Shown here piece after piece: positions 19,542 through 29,080 of a stretch of 56,208 nt of DNA (within the stretch, counting starts at the first letter, position 1; each line of letters starts with the position of its first letter). The notes under the pieces are model-generated. The model was not told where the DNA came from and did not search any database. It saw only the letters and a list, made by a program, of their open reading frames with translations. The position numbers and the translations under genes are program-made. The DNA is from a virus. Lineage: Duplodnaviria; Caudoviricetes. The stretch spans positions 1 to 56,208 of IMG/VR virus record IMGVR_UViG_3300042465_002123, one strand, 5' to 3'.

Positions 19542-22390
19542 TTGACCTTTTTGGTGAAGTGCTTGGCACTCATCAGCTCGTACATCATCACGTCCTTGTC
19601 GGGGGATACTGTAACTCGTTCTTTAATTATGCCACGCGAGATGGGCTTGATTGTTTCACGTGAAACCATGCCGCCATGGGCCAATACCTTGCGGGCCACG
19701 ATGCCGTGCCCAACATCGCGTTCCTGTTCATACCGCACAGGATCAGATAGGGGGTACAAGTGCTTGGTGTTGCCGCCAATATCAAACGCTGATCCTTCGG
19801 GCACGTGGTGCTTGTCTTCCAGCGCCCGAAACTTTTGCTTGTTGACCACCGTGGGTTCACCGATAGTTACCTCGCCAATTGCTTTGGCCTTGCCCTCGCC
19901 CGTTCTGACAATAGCCACTCGCTTGCCCACGTAAGGCCGCAAAGTGTCACTGTTACGGGACTCAAAAGTCTTGTGGCCGTCCACAATCATGTCAGCATAC
20001 TTGCGGTCTGACTTACGGTCTGAAGCCACATTAATGCCCATTACAGAGCCGCCATCAGCGTAGGTCTCGCGCTTGCCGTAGGTGGGCTTGTGGGCCAGCA
20101 CCAGCGGGCCGATCTGCACAACGTGGGCCGAGTGTGTGACCGGTTTCAGGGTCTTGCGGTCGTAGAAAAAACCATGGCGCCGGGGGTCCATGCCCACCTG
20201 AGCGTAGTCCGGGTTGTTCAGGTGCTCTTTCATGTGCTCCACCGCCTCGTCCTCGGTCATGTGGTGCAGCTCGCCCTTAATACGGGCAAAAGGTGACTTG
20301 TTTTGCTCGCCAGTGGCAACTTTGATTGCTTTTTCGGGGCCGGCGTCAAAGGTGGCGTTTTTTACGGACGAAACAGGGGCGTAAGAGGTCTTGAGCTTGT
20401 CGCCCTCGCGGCCTTCCTCGTCGTGGATTGAATTAACCCACACGCCGTGCTGCTCGTAAGCTGGAATGTCCAGCCGCAGGCCCACTTTTCGGCCGGCAGG
20501 CCACTTTGAGTGACCACGCCACTGCGGCTTTTTGTTCTCCATCAGCGCCCGGTCAGCATCTTCGTCCGATGCAGGCTGCGGGACAAAGTCGTATGGCTTG
20601 ACCGGCTTGTGCTTTTTGACCACGCGGTCGTATTCCTTGCGGTCGATGGCGCCAGCTTGCAGCGCCTTGGCTGCGGCCTCCATCTCAGGGATCTTGCGCT
20701 GGATCGTTTCGTCCTTTGTCGTGGGTCGAACTTCAACCTCGCCACCGCTTTTGTACAGCGGGATGCCGTTCTTCGTCACGTCCTCGCGCATCTCAGGGGT
20801 GATTGGGAAGCTGTGCAAGCGCTTTGCGTTGATGTCGTCCAGCTTGGCGTGAAAGACATCTTTTTCCTCCCGCGACATTGCAGCGTAGTCTTGCGGGCTG
20901 ACTCCCAACTTCATGGCGGTATCGCTGCGCCCGTTTGGGTCACCCGGTATCTGGACCTGCCCAACCTGCGCGCCGTACTTCTTGCCGAACTGGTTCAAGA
21001 ACTTGGGCACCATCTTGTCGTAGAAGCCCTTCATGCCCTCGCCACCCACGTCAAGGTTTGCGTTGTCAAGGTAACGCTCGCCTTTCTTGTCTGGCTCCGT
21101 GCTTAGCAATTTGTTTGCAAGCTCTTTACCAATGTGGCTTTCCAATTTCTCTGGAGTCACTGTGTCATCAACCACCCTTCGTTGATTTTTATCATAGGCA
21201 ACATAGTAATAAGGGTGGGTGTCTTTGTTTGGAAATTCGTTTGGATATAGCTCAATGCGGTCAATATGCTTTGCCAAACTGTACCGCTTGGCCTGCTCCT
21301 CGCCCGGTGTGATGGCGATGGAGTCGTAGCCCTTCTCGGCGGCGTGCTGGATCATGCGCTTGAGCGCCAGCTCGTGCCAGTTCTTCTTGTACGGGGCGTC
21401 GGGCACTCCGCTTTGACTGAACATTCGCTGGTAATCAGCTTCCGCTTCATGCCGCGCTTGATCGGCCTTCATGACTTGCGGCATAAGTTCCATGATCTTG
21501 TTGTTGTGGAACCGCAGTTGCGATTCGTATTCAGCTCGTCGCGGCGTAGTTACGCTACTATTTTCCGGGTCAATTGCTCCAAGCCGGTCGCTCAAAGTGT
21601 TTGACCAACTCTTAGACTCTTGCAAATCGTTTTTTACCCGTATGTGCGCAAACTTGGCTTGCTGTGCTCGGCCATACGCGGCATCTATCAGCTCTTGGTG
21701 GTTCTTAGGAAGGTAGCCCTTCTCGCGGCCGGTCTGGTGCCAGTCCGACTGAATCTCCTCAAGGTGCAGAATCTTCTCGCCGTTGGGGCCGGTGCGATCC
21801 TTGACGCGGATGCTGGCAAGAATGTCAGGCTCATCGCCAAAGTGCCCGCCCAAGCCCTCAAAGCCGCCGTTTTGGGGGTTGGGGTGCTTGAGCAAAATCT
21901 CGCGGTAGTTGCTGCCACCGGGCAACGTCCACTCCTCGTGATGCGTTGGCCCTGCTTTAAAGCCAGACTTTTGCTCGACCTCACGCCTAAAACTCTCAAA
22001 ATGCTCCGGGCGGGATGCGCGCATCCGTCTCATGGTTTCATTTCGTATTGCGCGAGCTTCGCTGCTGCTTTCGGCATTTTCGGCTTGAGTTGAGGCGGTC
22101 TGCCTGATGTATTGATTAACTTGCTTGTTTACTGCTTTAAGGGAAAAAGGTTTCCGCTCGCCCAATACCACCTCATCCGGTTTTGTAACGCGCTTGGCCC
22201 TGAGCGCCTTGAGAAAGTCCTCACGCGCCATCTTGGGCAGGGCCGTGAGCGTCTGCAAGTCGCGGTCCTCCACCTCGGCCTGCTTGTAGCCGGGTTTCTT
22301 GCTCAGCTCGGTCATGAACTCAGCGCCCGTGCCCTTGGGCCGGGTCAGCTCACTGGCAAGCCGGTCGATGGGGGAGTATGCGTTTCTCAC
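19538..22390 (-). CDS. Large modular (polyvalent-type) protein: EEIQSDW domain + unknown domain + ASCH/PUA-like domain
   Basis: 950 aa. Domains are delimited by YKSGGEV, YADGGSV and LAHGGMV. ASCH signature YADMIVDGHKTFESR...VGKRVAIV...AIGEVTI. Confidence 0.7.
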   Translation of the reverse strand: MRNAYSPIDRLASELTRPKGTGAEFMTELSKKPGYKQAEVEDRDLQTLTALPKMAREDFLKALRAKRVTKPDEVVLGERKPFSLKAVNKQVNQYIRQTASTQAENAESSSEARAIRNETMRRMRASRPEHFESFRREVEQKSGFKAGPTHHEEWTLPGGSNYREILLKHPNPQNGGFEGLGGHFGDEPDILASIRVKDRTGPNGEKILHLEEIQSDWHQTGREKGYLPKNHQELIDAAYGRAQQAKFAHIRVKNDLQESKSWSNTLSDRLGAIDPENSSVTTPRRAEYESQLRFHNNKIMELMPQVMKADQARHEAEADYQRMFSQSGVPDAPYKKNWHELALKRMIQHAAEKGYDSIAITPGEEQAKRYSLAKHIDRIELYPNEFPNKDTHPYYYVAYDKNQRRVVDDTVTPEKLESHIGKELANKLLSTEPDKKGERYLDNANLDVGGEGMKGFYDKMVPKFLNQFGKKYGAQVGQVQIPGDPNGRSDTAMKLGVSPQDYAAMSREEKDVFHAKLDDINAKRLHSFPITPEMREDVTKNGIPLYKSGGEVEVRPTTKDETIQRKIPEMEAAAKALQAGAIDRKEYDRVVKKHKPVKPYDFVPQPASDEDADRALMENKKPQWRGHSKWPAGRKVGLRLDIPAYEQHGVWVNSIHDEEGREGDKLKTSYAPVSSVKNATFDAGPEKAIKVATGEQNKSPFARIKGELHHMTEDEAVEHMKEHLNNPDYAQVGMDPRRHGFFYDRKTLKPVTHSAHVVQIGPLVLAHKPTYGKRETYADGGSVMGINVASDRKSDRKYADMIVDGHKTFESRNSDTLRPYVGKRVAIVRTGEGKAKAIGEVTIGEPTVVNKQKFRALEDKHHVPEGSAFDIGGNTKHLYPLSDPVRYEQERDVGHGIVARKVLAHGGMVSRETIKPISRGIIKERVTVSPDKDVMMYELMSAKHFTKKVK

Positions 22391-25300
22391 AGTGGCCGCT
22401 CCTCAAGGCTGATGTCACCGACCCGTCCGCCCCGGGCCATCACGCGGCCCTTGATAGCCGACTCGGGGATATGGAACTCGGACGAATCGTCGCCCTGCTG
22501 GTACCGGACGTGGTAACCCGGCTCATACGGCGTGCGCATGGTCTTGCCGGTCTGCGGGTCCTTGCGGGCCTTGAGCGTTTTTTCATCCACCACCGGTTGA
22601 TTGCCGTAGGCTACGCGCCGGATGATGGTATACGGGGGCTTGTTCTTCTTGGCACTGTCGTCGGTAAACACGCGATGACCCGCGTCGTACTTGAACGGCA
22701 TTGACTCAATTAAATCCTGCATATTTGCTGCGCCTTCGCGGACTCGATCACCCAGCGAGGTGTGGAAGTCCTGCATGTTGGTCAGCTGCTTGTTGGCGAC
22801 CACGGGCTCCTTCATGCCGGACGACTTGGCTGCGCCGGCGATGGCCCTGCGCATCTCCTCCACCGACGGGTTGGTCGAGCCACCGCCGGCCATGCGCGGC
22901 ATGCCGGGTGGGGTGGCGCGCATGGCCGACATGGCCTGACCTTGTGGCGTCAGCTGGAGGATGTTGCTCTGCGGGCCTTGGGGCATGCCCTGCGGGGGCT
23001 GGCCGAATGTACCTTGGGGTGGCATGCCTTGAGGGGCTTGCGCGTCCTGTGGGGGCTGTCCAAGCTGCCCTTGGGGCATGGCCGGCAGCATCTGGTGGCC
23101 GGGGTTCTCGGGCTGGAAGTCCACGCCGCCGACGGGCATGCCGCCGGCGCCGGGTGGCATGTACAGCTTGACCGGCATGGCTGGGGCCTCCTCGACGCCC
23201 ACGTTGGACGGCTTGACGCCGCCGCCATCGGCAAGGTACTGCATTGGGTCGGTCCCGGGCATGTCCGATGGGCCTCCTTCGTAGTCGCCGAAGTCGGTGG
23301 AAATGCCGTTGGCCGCGTCGGGTGCAACTGGACCGCCTGCTGCCTTGTGCAGCATGACATGGGCCAGCATCTCGTCGGGGTTGGTGGACATGCGAACTTT
23401 GGTGCGGGGGCGTTGACGGTGGTGTGCCCGACCGCCTCGCTCCTCCATGTCAGCGCGCAGGGCAAGGTGCCGCTGGGAATGGTAGTTGCGCTCGGGGAAT
23501 GCGTGGAAGTCGTCGTCGCCCAGCCCGCTGTCGTCGCGGTCGTTGTACACGCGCCCGCCCTCAGCGTAGAACTTGACGGGCTGCGGTGGCACGTACTCTT
23601 TGCCTGCGCTCTTGATCTGCTCGCTCGGTGCGTCGATCTCGTACTCGCCCTTGTTCTTGAGCGCGTGCTCGACGTGCTTGGCGTTGACGTGGTGGGTGAA
23701 CGATGTCTGGTGCCCAAGGTTGCTGGTTGACTCGGTCGGCGTGGTCATCAAGAGGTGGCCGGCCTTCTTGCCGTTCTTGGTCATAAAGCGGTTCTTTGGC
23801 AAGAACTCCTCGTCCTTGAACCGGGAGTCGGTCGGGATCATGTGCGGCGTGCCATCGTCGTTCTTGCCCACTTGCACCAGACGCGGGTGCAGGATGTGCT
23901 GCTTCTGGTAGTCAAAGCGCATGTCCTTGAGCGTGGTGTGGCCGAAGTGCGCCTTCTCCGGCGTGGTGGGCTTGCCGTTTGGCCCAAAATGACCCTCTGG
24001 GCCTTCAGCCTTCTCATCCTCGGTCAACTCGCTTTGCGGCCGGCCGGTGGACCAGTACTTGCCGTGGGTGATGGCCTTTTCCATGTTCTTTGCCAGCGGC
24101 GATCCGCGCTTGACATCAGTGACCATGTACGAGCCCTTGGGCGGTGTCAGGTTGCCCTGCTCGTTCTTGAAGTCGCCCTTGTTGTCAGCGGCCATCACGG
24201 TGTTGCGCACGCGGGATTTGTCGCGGGCGATGTTCTCGGCGATGGATGCGCCCTTCTTGGTCTTGGGGCCGACGTTGGAGTGCGTGACGTAGTAGCCGTT
24301 CTCGGGGTCGTGCAGCTCGTTGGTCTTGCCGTATGAGTTGGCAATGATGTCCGGCTTGTCCTCCATCCTGCGCTGCTCGTTCAAGTGCCGGATGGCATGC
24401 CGTGAGGTGACGTCGGTCTCGTCCACCACGTTGGGGCGGAACAGCAGACGCTCGTTGTTCTTGTCGGCCATGCGCGCTGCGTTGCGCAACGACCCGGTGT
24501 GTGCCAGTATCCAGTCCTTGGTCATGGCCGGGTCGTGCTTGGCCTGCTCGTGGCTGGCCCGACGCACGGCAGCGTTGACGTACTGCGCCTCCGCGTTGGG
24601 TGCGAAGCATGTGCCCTTGCTGGTGTCCACGATGCCGTTGGTATCAGTGCCGCCGCCGCAGCCCACGGTCTGACCGGGGCAGGTGTTGACCACGTGGTGC
24701 TTCTCGTTCTCACCTTGGCCCGATGTGTACAGGGAGTGGCCCGCCACGCCTTTGGACGCAAAGCCCACATGGGTGCGGCCCTGCTCGTCGTGCTCGTGGC
24801 GCACGGTGTCGAGCTTCTCGGACTTGTCCAGCGTGTTGGCGTTCTTGCCGATGTGCTTGGCTGCGCGCAGCCGTTCCAGCGCGCTTTCCTCATCGGCATG
24901 CTGCTGGTCCAGTGGCTTGGCAAAGTGCTCGGCCAGTGTGGCCCGGTGGATCTTGCCGATCTGGCCGAGGGTCAATGGGTCGCGGTTCTCGGCGCCGTAC
25001 ACCTTGGCCCGTGCCGCGTTGACGTCCTGCATGCCCTCGACCTTGCGACCGCCTTCACCCTTGTAGGTCTTGCCTTCCCACATGTGGCGGGGGACGACGA
25101 TGCCCTTGACACCGCCCGGTCCCTCGGCGTCAATCTTGACGCGGGTTGACGGGGTGCTCGCCTTTGCGGCCAGTTCGGCACGCATCTGGTCGGGGGTTGG
25201 GGTATCGGCCATGGTTTGGTCCTTTGAGGTTGTCTTGTCATTATCGACAGCACCGCCGTCTTTGTACGGCACTTTTTTACGCTGAGCGGTCCTGTTGTCG

Positions 25301-26100
25301 CTGTATTGACTCATCAACGGGAACCCGTGTTTGCGGCCATCGTCCACGCCACGTTGTATCAGCGCAGTCAGCTCCTTGTTACGCTCGTGTTGTGCTGCGC
25401 GTAAATGATTTTGCCAGTCTTCAGCGTATTGCTTGCCGGTCTTGCCTACAGAATTTTTGCCCGTGCCATTCCACGCCTCGGCAAACGATATGCCCAGCTT
25501 GTCGGCAACGCGCCGTTTGGCCGCTATGGCAGCTAAGAAATTAGCATCGTGCGGCGTGATGTCGTATTGATTACGCAGCTCTGTTTGGTACGCTTTATCT
25601 TTTGGACTGCCGTTTAACCCACCCATGCCAAGATCGGTGCGCCCTTCCTTGAGCGCAAAGGCGGCGATCTCTTCAGGCGTCATAGCTGGGGAACCATATT
25701 TTGCCGCCGCGCCATTGAGCCGCGCATAGCGGTACAGCTCCTGAATGGCTTTGCCGGAGTTGCTGTACGTATCGCTTGTTGCTGGGTCTGGGTTGGTTTT
25801 AAAGTTTAAATCGCCGCCTCTTACTAAGCGGGATATGGGTTGTGTTTCCAGCCCATCTTTGCCGCCAAACCTGCCGGTGGGGTCGGCCCGGTACGCCGTT
25901 AAAGAGGTGGGCAGATCCGTCGGGAGGGTAGATCGAGGAATATAACTAAGAGGCTCTTTGTCTCGATTTGAGTCGATTCTGCCTTGGTGTACGTCAAAAC
26001 CCGGCAACTCAGCCGGCTGCATAACTTCTTTCTGCATGCCAAGGGTGTTGGCGATGTACGCCAACCCGGGGTATTTGCTGATGATGTCGTCCCAAGCCAT
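22387..26100 (-). CDS. Large modular protein with a Gp88-like Cys domain and several xxGG-delimited modules
   Basis: 1237 aa. Motifs YKDGGAV, YAEGGRV, KAAGGPV, LADGGGV, MAGGGST, MARGGRV; central CPGQTVGC...CFA...RPNVVDE...YGKT. Confidence 0.7.
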   Translation of the reverse strand: MAWDDIISKYPGLAYIANTLGMQKEVMQPAELPGFDVHQGRIDSNRDKEPLSYIPRSTLPTDLPTSLTAYRADPTGRFGGKDGLETQPISRLVRGGDLNFKTNPDPATSDTYSNSGKAIQELYRYARLNGAAAKYGSPAMTPEEIAAFALKEGRTDLGMGGLNGSPKDKAYQTELRNQYDITPHDANFLAAIAAKRRVADKLGISFAEAWNGTGKNSVGKTGKQYAEDWQNHLRAAQHERNKELTALIQRGVDDGRKHGFPLMSQYSDNRTAQRKKVPYKDGGAVDNDKTTSKDQTMADTPTPDQMRAELAAKASTPSTRVKIDAEGPGGVKGIVVPRHMWEGKTYKGEGGRKVEGMQDVNAARAKVYGAENRDPLTLGQIGKIHRATLAEHFAKPLDQQHADEESALERLRAAKHIGKNANTLDKSEKLDTVRHEHDEQGRTHVGFASKGVAGHSLYTSGQGENEKHHVVNTCPGQTVGCGGGTDTNGIVDTSKGTCFAPNAEAQYVNAAVRRASHEQAKHDPAMTKDWILAHTGSLRNAARMADKNNERLLFRPNVVDETDVTSRHAIRHLNEQRRMEDKPDIIANSYGKTNELHDPENGYYVTHSNVGPKTKKGASIAENIARDKSRVRNTVMAADNKGDFKNEQGNLTPPKGSYMVTDVKRGSPLAKNMEKAITHGKYWSTGRPQSELTEDEKAEGPEGHFGPNGKPTTPEKAHFGHTTLKDMRFDYQKQHILHPRLVQVGKNDDGTPHMIPTDSRFKDEEFLPKNRFMTKNGKKAGHLLMTTPTESTSNLGHQTSFTHHVNAKHVEHALKNKGEYEIDAPSEQIKSAGKEYVPPQPVKFYAEGGRVYNDRDDSGLGDDDFHAFPERNYHSQRHLALRADMEERGGRAHHRQRPRTKVRMSTNPDEMLAHVMLHKAAGGPVAPDAANGISTDFGDYEGGPSDMPGTDPMQYLADGGGVKPSNVGVEEAPAMPVKLYMPPGAGGMPVGGVDFQPENPGHQMLPAMPQGQLGQPPQDAQAPQGMPPQGTFGQPPQGMPQGPQSNILQLTPQGQAMSAMRATPPGMPRMAGGGSTNPSVEEMRRAIAGAAKSSGMKEPVVANKQLTNMQDFHTSLGDRVREGAANMQDLIESMPFKYDAGHRVFTDDSAKKNKPPYTIIRRVAYGNQPVVDEKTLKARKDPQTGKTMRTPYEPGYHVRYQQGDDSSEFHIPESAIKGRVMARGGRVGDISLEERPL

Positions 26101-26146
26101 AGTTGCGTCTTTCAGGGGGTTTGGCCCTGATTATGCCAAGAAAGCG

Positions 26147-27565
26147 TTATGTGTCATAGGGGTTGGTGTGGTGCCGCTTGTCGGCGTCTGCGTAGTCCGA
26201 CTCGTCCACCCACTCGGTCGGGAAGTCGATGGTCAGCCAGCCGGCGTCGCGCAGGTAACGCAGCGCCTGACTCATGGCGTCCACGAAGTCGTCGTGGGTC
26301 GTGCCCTCCGGGAAGCTGCACACCTGACTGACCATGCCCTCGGCCCAGTCGCGCACGAAGCCCTTGCGGTTGCTCGACTCGGGTATCCAGACGCGGCCGG
26401 CCTTGATCACGTTGGCGACGATGGACAGCCGCTGTATCTTGTCGGCCCTGCCCGGGTTGTACGCCTGCACCGGCACGCCTGCGCGCTGCAAGTCTTGGAT
26501 CAGGCTGATGCCGGCGGACTTGTCCTCAATCAGCAGCAGGTCCACGCGCTTCTTCTCCCGGCCGTCGCCGTAGACCGTCTCGAACTCGTCGAGGATCTTG
26601 GGCCGCAGGTCGGGGTACTGCAAGTGGTCCTGCCAGCAGTCGATGACCATGGCGCACATGCCGCCGTCCTCTGGCTTGAACACGCCGAAGGTGATGTGGG
26701 CCGTCGGGTCGTTGTGCGTCTTCTCGCTGGCTGCGCAGTCCACGCTCTGCACGATGTACTCGAACTTGGGGAACGCCCGCGCTGCCGGCCACAGCTTGAA
26801 CCAGTCGCGCTTGACAATGCCCGACTCTTCGGGGTCAATGATCTCCGCGTGGATCTCCTGCCGGCCGAGCTTGGTGCCCTCGTACTGGAGGATCTGCTTC
26901 TGGAAGCTGGGCGCCAAGTTGGCGATGTTCACGTAGGTGCTGGCCGTGGTCACCACCACGTCGGTGCCGTCGCGCTCAATCAGGTCCATGATCACCGGCT
27001 TTGGCTTGGGTGTGGTGGAGCAGATGATGCGGGTGCGCTGGCCCAGCCGGACCGCGAACTGGATCATGTCCCACGCCTCTTGCAGGTACTCCCACGCGGC
27101 CAGCTCGTCAAGCCACGCACCGTGCCACTGACCGCCCCGGAAGCGCTCAGGCTCGGATGCGGGTATACCCTTGATCAGCGAGCCGTTGGCCAGCGTGATC
27201 TCGTGCAGGCTGCTGTTGTACTTTCCGATTAGCTCGGGCGGTATGACGGCGATCAGGCCGGACTCGCCCTCAAAGCATGTGCCGCGCAAGTCGGCACTGG
27301 TTGGCGCGCTAACCAGCCAGCGGGTGTTGGGCGCCTCCCATGCCCACCAGCCGATGGTCTCCGCCGATGTGCGGGTCTTGCCGGAGCCCCGGCCACCGAG
27401 CATGAGCCAGATGGCCCAATCCTCGCCGACGGGCTCGAGCTGGAACTTATGAGCGCGCATGAGCCAGCGCGCACGCCAGTCAAAGGCGGTGCGCAGGTTG
27501 ACGGGTAGCTGGGCATATTGCTCCCTGATCTCGGGGGCTTCCAGCAGCGCTTCGAGGTTACTCAC
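26147..27565 (-). CDS. terL: Terminase large subunit
   Basis: 472 aa. Walker A LGGRGSGKT, Walker B WLDE, coupling motif STTPK, nuclease domain SVD...IEDKSAG...HDDFVDA. Confidence 0.95.
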   Translation of the reverse strand: MSNLEALLEAPEIREQYAQLPVNLRTAFDWRARWLMRAHKFQLEPVGEDWAIWLMLGGRGSGKTRTSAETIGWWAWEAPNTRWLVSAPTSADLRGTCFEGESGLIAVIPPELIGKYNSSLHEITLANGSLIKGIPASEPERFRGGQWHGAWLDELAAWEYLQEAWDMIQFAVRLGQRTRIICSTTPKPKPVIMDLIERDGTDVVVTTASTYVNIANLAPSFQKQILQYEGTKLGRQEIHAEIIDPEESGIVKRDWFKLWPAARAFPKFEYIVQSVDCAASEKTHNDPTAHITFGVFKPEDGGMCAMVIDCWQDHLQYPDLRPKILDEFETVYGDGREKKRVDLLLIEDKSAGISLIQDLQRAGVPVQAYNPGRADKIQRLSIVANVIKAGRVWIPESSNRKGFVRDWAEGMVSQVCSFPEGTTHDDFVDAMSQALRYLRDAGWLTIDFPTEWVDESDYADADKRHHTNPYDT

Positions 27566-28082
27566 CTGTGAGGCGTTTCAGTGCGATGTTTTTGAGCAGC
27601 TCGCCGAAGATGTCGAAGCTGGCCTCGACCACCATAGGCGCTTCGTCGTCGCCGGCCATGATGGTTCGGTCGCCGTACTTCTTGGGGTGCCACGCTCTAA
27701 GCAGGCGCATGCGCGTGTCGATCTGCAACTTGCGGTGGCCGAGCATGTCCTCTTCGGTGACCGTCATGGCGTCGTCGTCCTCATCACCGCCACTGTGCGT
27801 GACGACTTTGCGGCCCATGTGCATGTTGTCAGCGATGTGCAAAGTCTGCTCTGCAAGTATCTCAAAACCGACGTCGCGGGCGCGCGCGTAGTCTATCGCA
27901 AACTGCTTGTCTTCGTCGAGCCAACGGTAGACTGTCGGGTAACTTGGCGCCTGCTCTTGGCGACAGAAGTCCCGCAGTGTTTTGCCATCGGACAGCCATG
28001 CCACGATGCGATCTTTGATGTCCTGCTTGTTCGGGTACAACGTGTCGCCCAACGGGCGACCTGTCTTCTTGCCTGTTGCCAT
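27558..28082 (-). CDS. terS: Terminase small subunit
   Basis: Start MATGKKTGRP with an AGGAG RBS. HTH G.TLR..C....PS..TVYRWL, YARAR, KLQIDTR..LL....PKKYGDR. Confidence 0.9.
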   Translation of the reverse strand: MATGKKTGRPLGDTLYPNKQDIKDRIVAWLSDGKTLRDFCRQEQAPSYPTVYRWLDEDKQFAIDYARARDVGFEILAEQTLHIADNMHMGRKVVTHSGGDEDDDAMTVTEEDMLGHRKLQIDTRMRLLRAWHPKKYGDRTIMAGDDEAPMVVEASFDIFGELLKNIALKRLTGE

Positions 28083-28131
28083 AAAAACTCCTGTAGCGCA
28101 TCTTGCAGCGCGTTGGCCGGAGTTTAACTTA

Positions 28132-28302
28132 TTACGCCAGTTCCTCACCAATCTGGTCCAGCAACGCCTCAATAGCGGCCTGCTCTGTGCGGCCATGGCC
28201 GATGGGGTCACCCGGCTCGTAATCGGGCTCTGTGGCCTCCCAGTCGAAGTCCCGCACGGGTATGGGCGGGTAGACGAAGTTTGTGCGGACGGTACGGTTC
28301 AT
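28132..28302 (-). CDS. Small 56-aa phage protein (not in the ORF track)
   Basis: MNRTVRTNFVYPPIPVRDFDWEATEPDYEPGDPIGHGRTEQAAIEALLDQIGEELA; ATGA overlap with the upstream gene, GAGG RBS. Confidence 0.7.
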   Translation of the reverse strand: MNRTVRTNFVYPPIPVRDFDWEATEPDYEPGDPIGHGRTEQAAIEALLDQIGEELA

Positions 28303-28502
28303 ACGATCACCTCAAGGTTGTTGCAGCTTAGCACGCGCACTGGGCGCTCGGTAGCCATGTACGCCATGTCGATGGCGTGGTTCTCGCTTGCAGCCATGAC
28401 CTCGACCTCCTCGCGGTAGTCGAGCGTCACGACGAACAGACGCAGGGTTGGCGCCATCAAGCGCTGGATGTCAGCGTTGACCTGCTGGGCAGTGGTGGTC
28501 AT
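28299..28502 (-). CDS. Hypothetical early protein
   Basis: 67 aa; AGGAG RBS; overlapping start/stop chain. Confidence 0.65.
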   Translation of the reverse strand: MTTTAQQVNADIQRLMAPTLRLFVVTLDYREEVEVMAASENHAIDMAYMATERPVRVLSCNNLEVIV

Positions 28503-28753
28503 GCGGTCTCCTTCTTCATCAATTTTGCGCGCAGCTTCAGGACCTCCGCAACCCCGGCAGTGGCCTCGGCCTCTGTGCAGACGCCAAAGCGAACCAGAGC
28601 GCGGTAGGCAGCCGGGACCATGCTCTTCGCGTAGCGGTGTGGCATGTCGCAGATGTGCTGGGCGGTGTCCAGCGCCTTGTCAGCGGTCACCCCTGCGAAC
28701 TGGGCGTCTGGTGACACCGTGCGAGCCCGAGGGCCGTTCGGGTCGTAGCTCAT
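28499..28753 (-). CDS. Hypothetical early protein
   Basis: 84 aa; ATGA-coupled. Confidence 0.65.
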   Translation of the reverse strand: MSYDPNGPRARTVSPDAQFAGVTADKALDTAQHICDMPHRYAKSMVPAAYRALVRFGVCTEAEATAGVAEVLKLRAKLMKKETA

Positions 28754-28992
28754 GCTGCTTCCTTAGAAAAACGAACTGCGCGGTTGGCGCAACCTAATGC
28801 GCGTTCGCGGCACACTTTAGCCATGCGCTCGTTGCCAGCGGCTTGATACTCGTCGCCTTTTTTGTCAAGTGCAGCAACCATCTTCCAGTCACGATTTGCT
28901 TTTTGAGCGTTGGTCAACTCTGCGAAACCCATACCCCAACCGAGAGCCATAACGTGTGCTGCGCCGGGTGTAACTGCTTGAAATGTTGTCAT
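28750..28992 (-). CDS. Hypothetical early protein
   Basis: 80 aa; AAGGA RBS downstream of a promoter. Confidence 0.7.
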   Translation of the reverse strand: MTTFQAVTPGAAHVMALGWGMGFAELTNAQKANRDWKMVAALDKKGDEYQAAGNERMAKVCRERALGCANRAVRFSKEAA

Positions 28993-29022
28993 GTCGTTTC
29001 CTTCGTGTTTGTGTGTTGAAGA

Positions 29023-29080
29023 GCCTCTACTGTAACATCAAATTACAGTAGAGGCAATTTAAATCGTAGGGACTTACCCT
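29023..29080 (-). promoter_or_regulatory. Sigma70-type early promoter embedded in a 13-bp perfect inverted repeat
   Basis: TTGCCT-N17-TACAGT with an extended-10 TG; GCCTCTACTGTAA-N7-TTACAGTAGAGGC; upstream AGGG-N5-CCCT. Confidence 0.7.
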
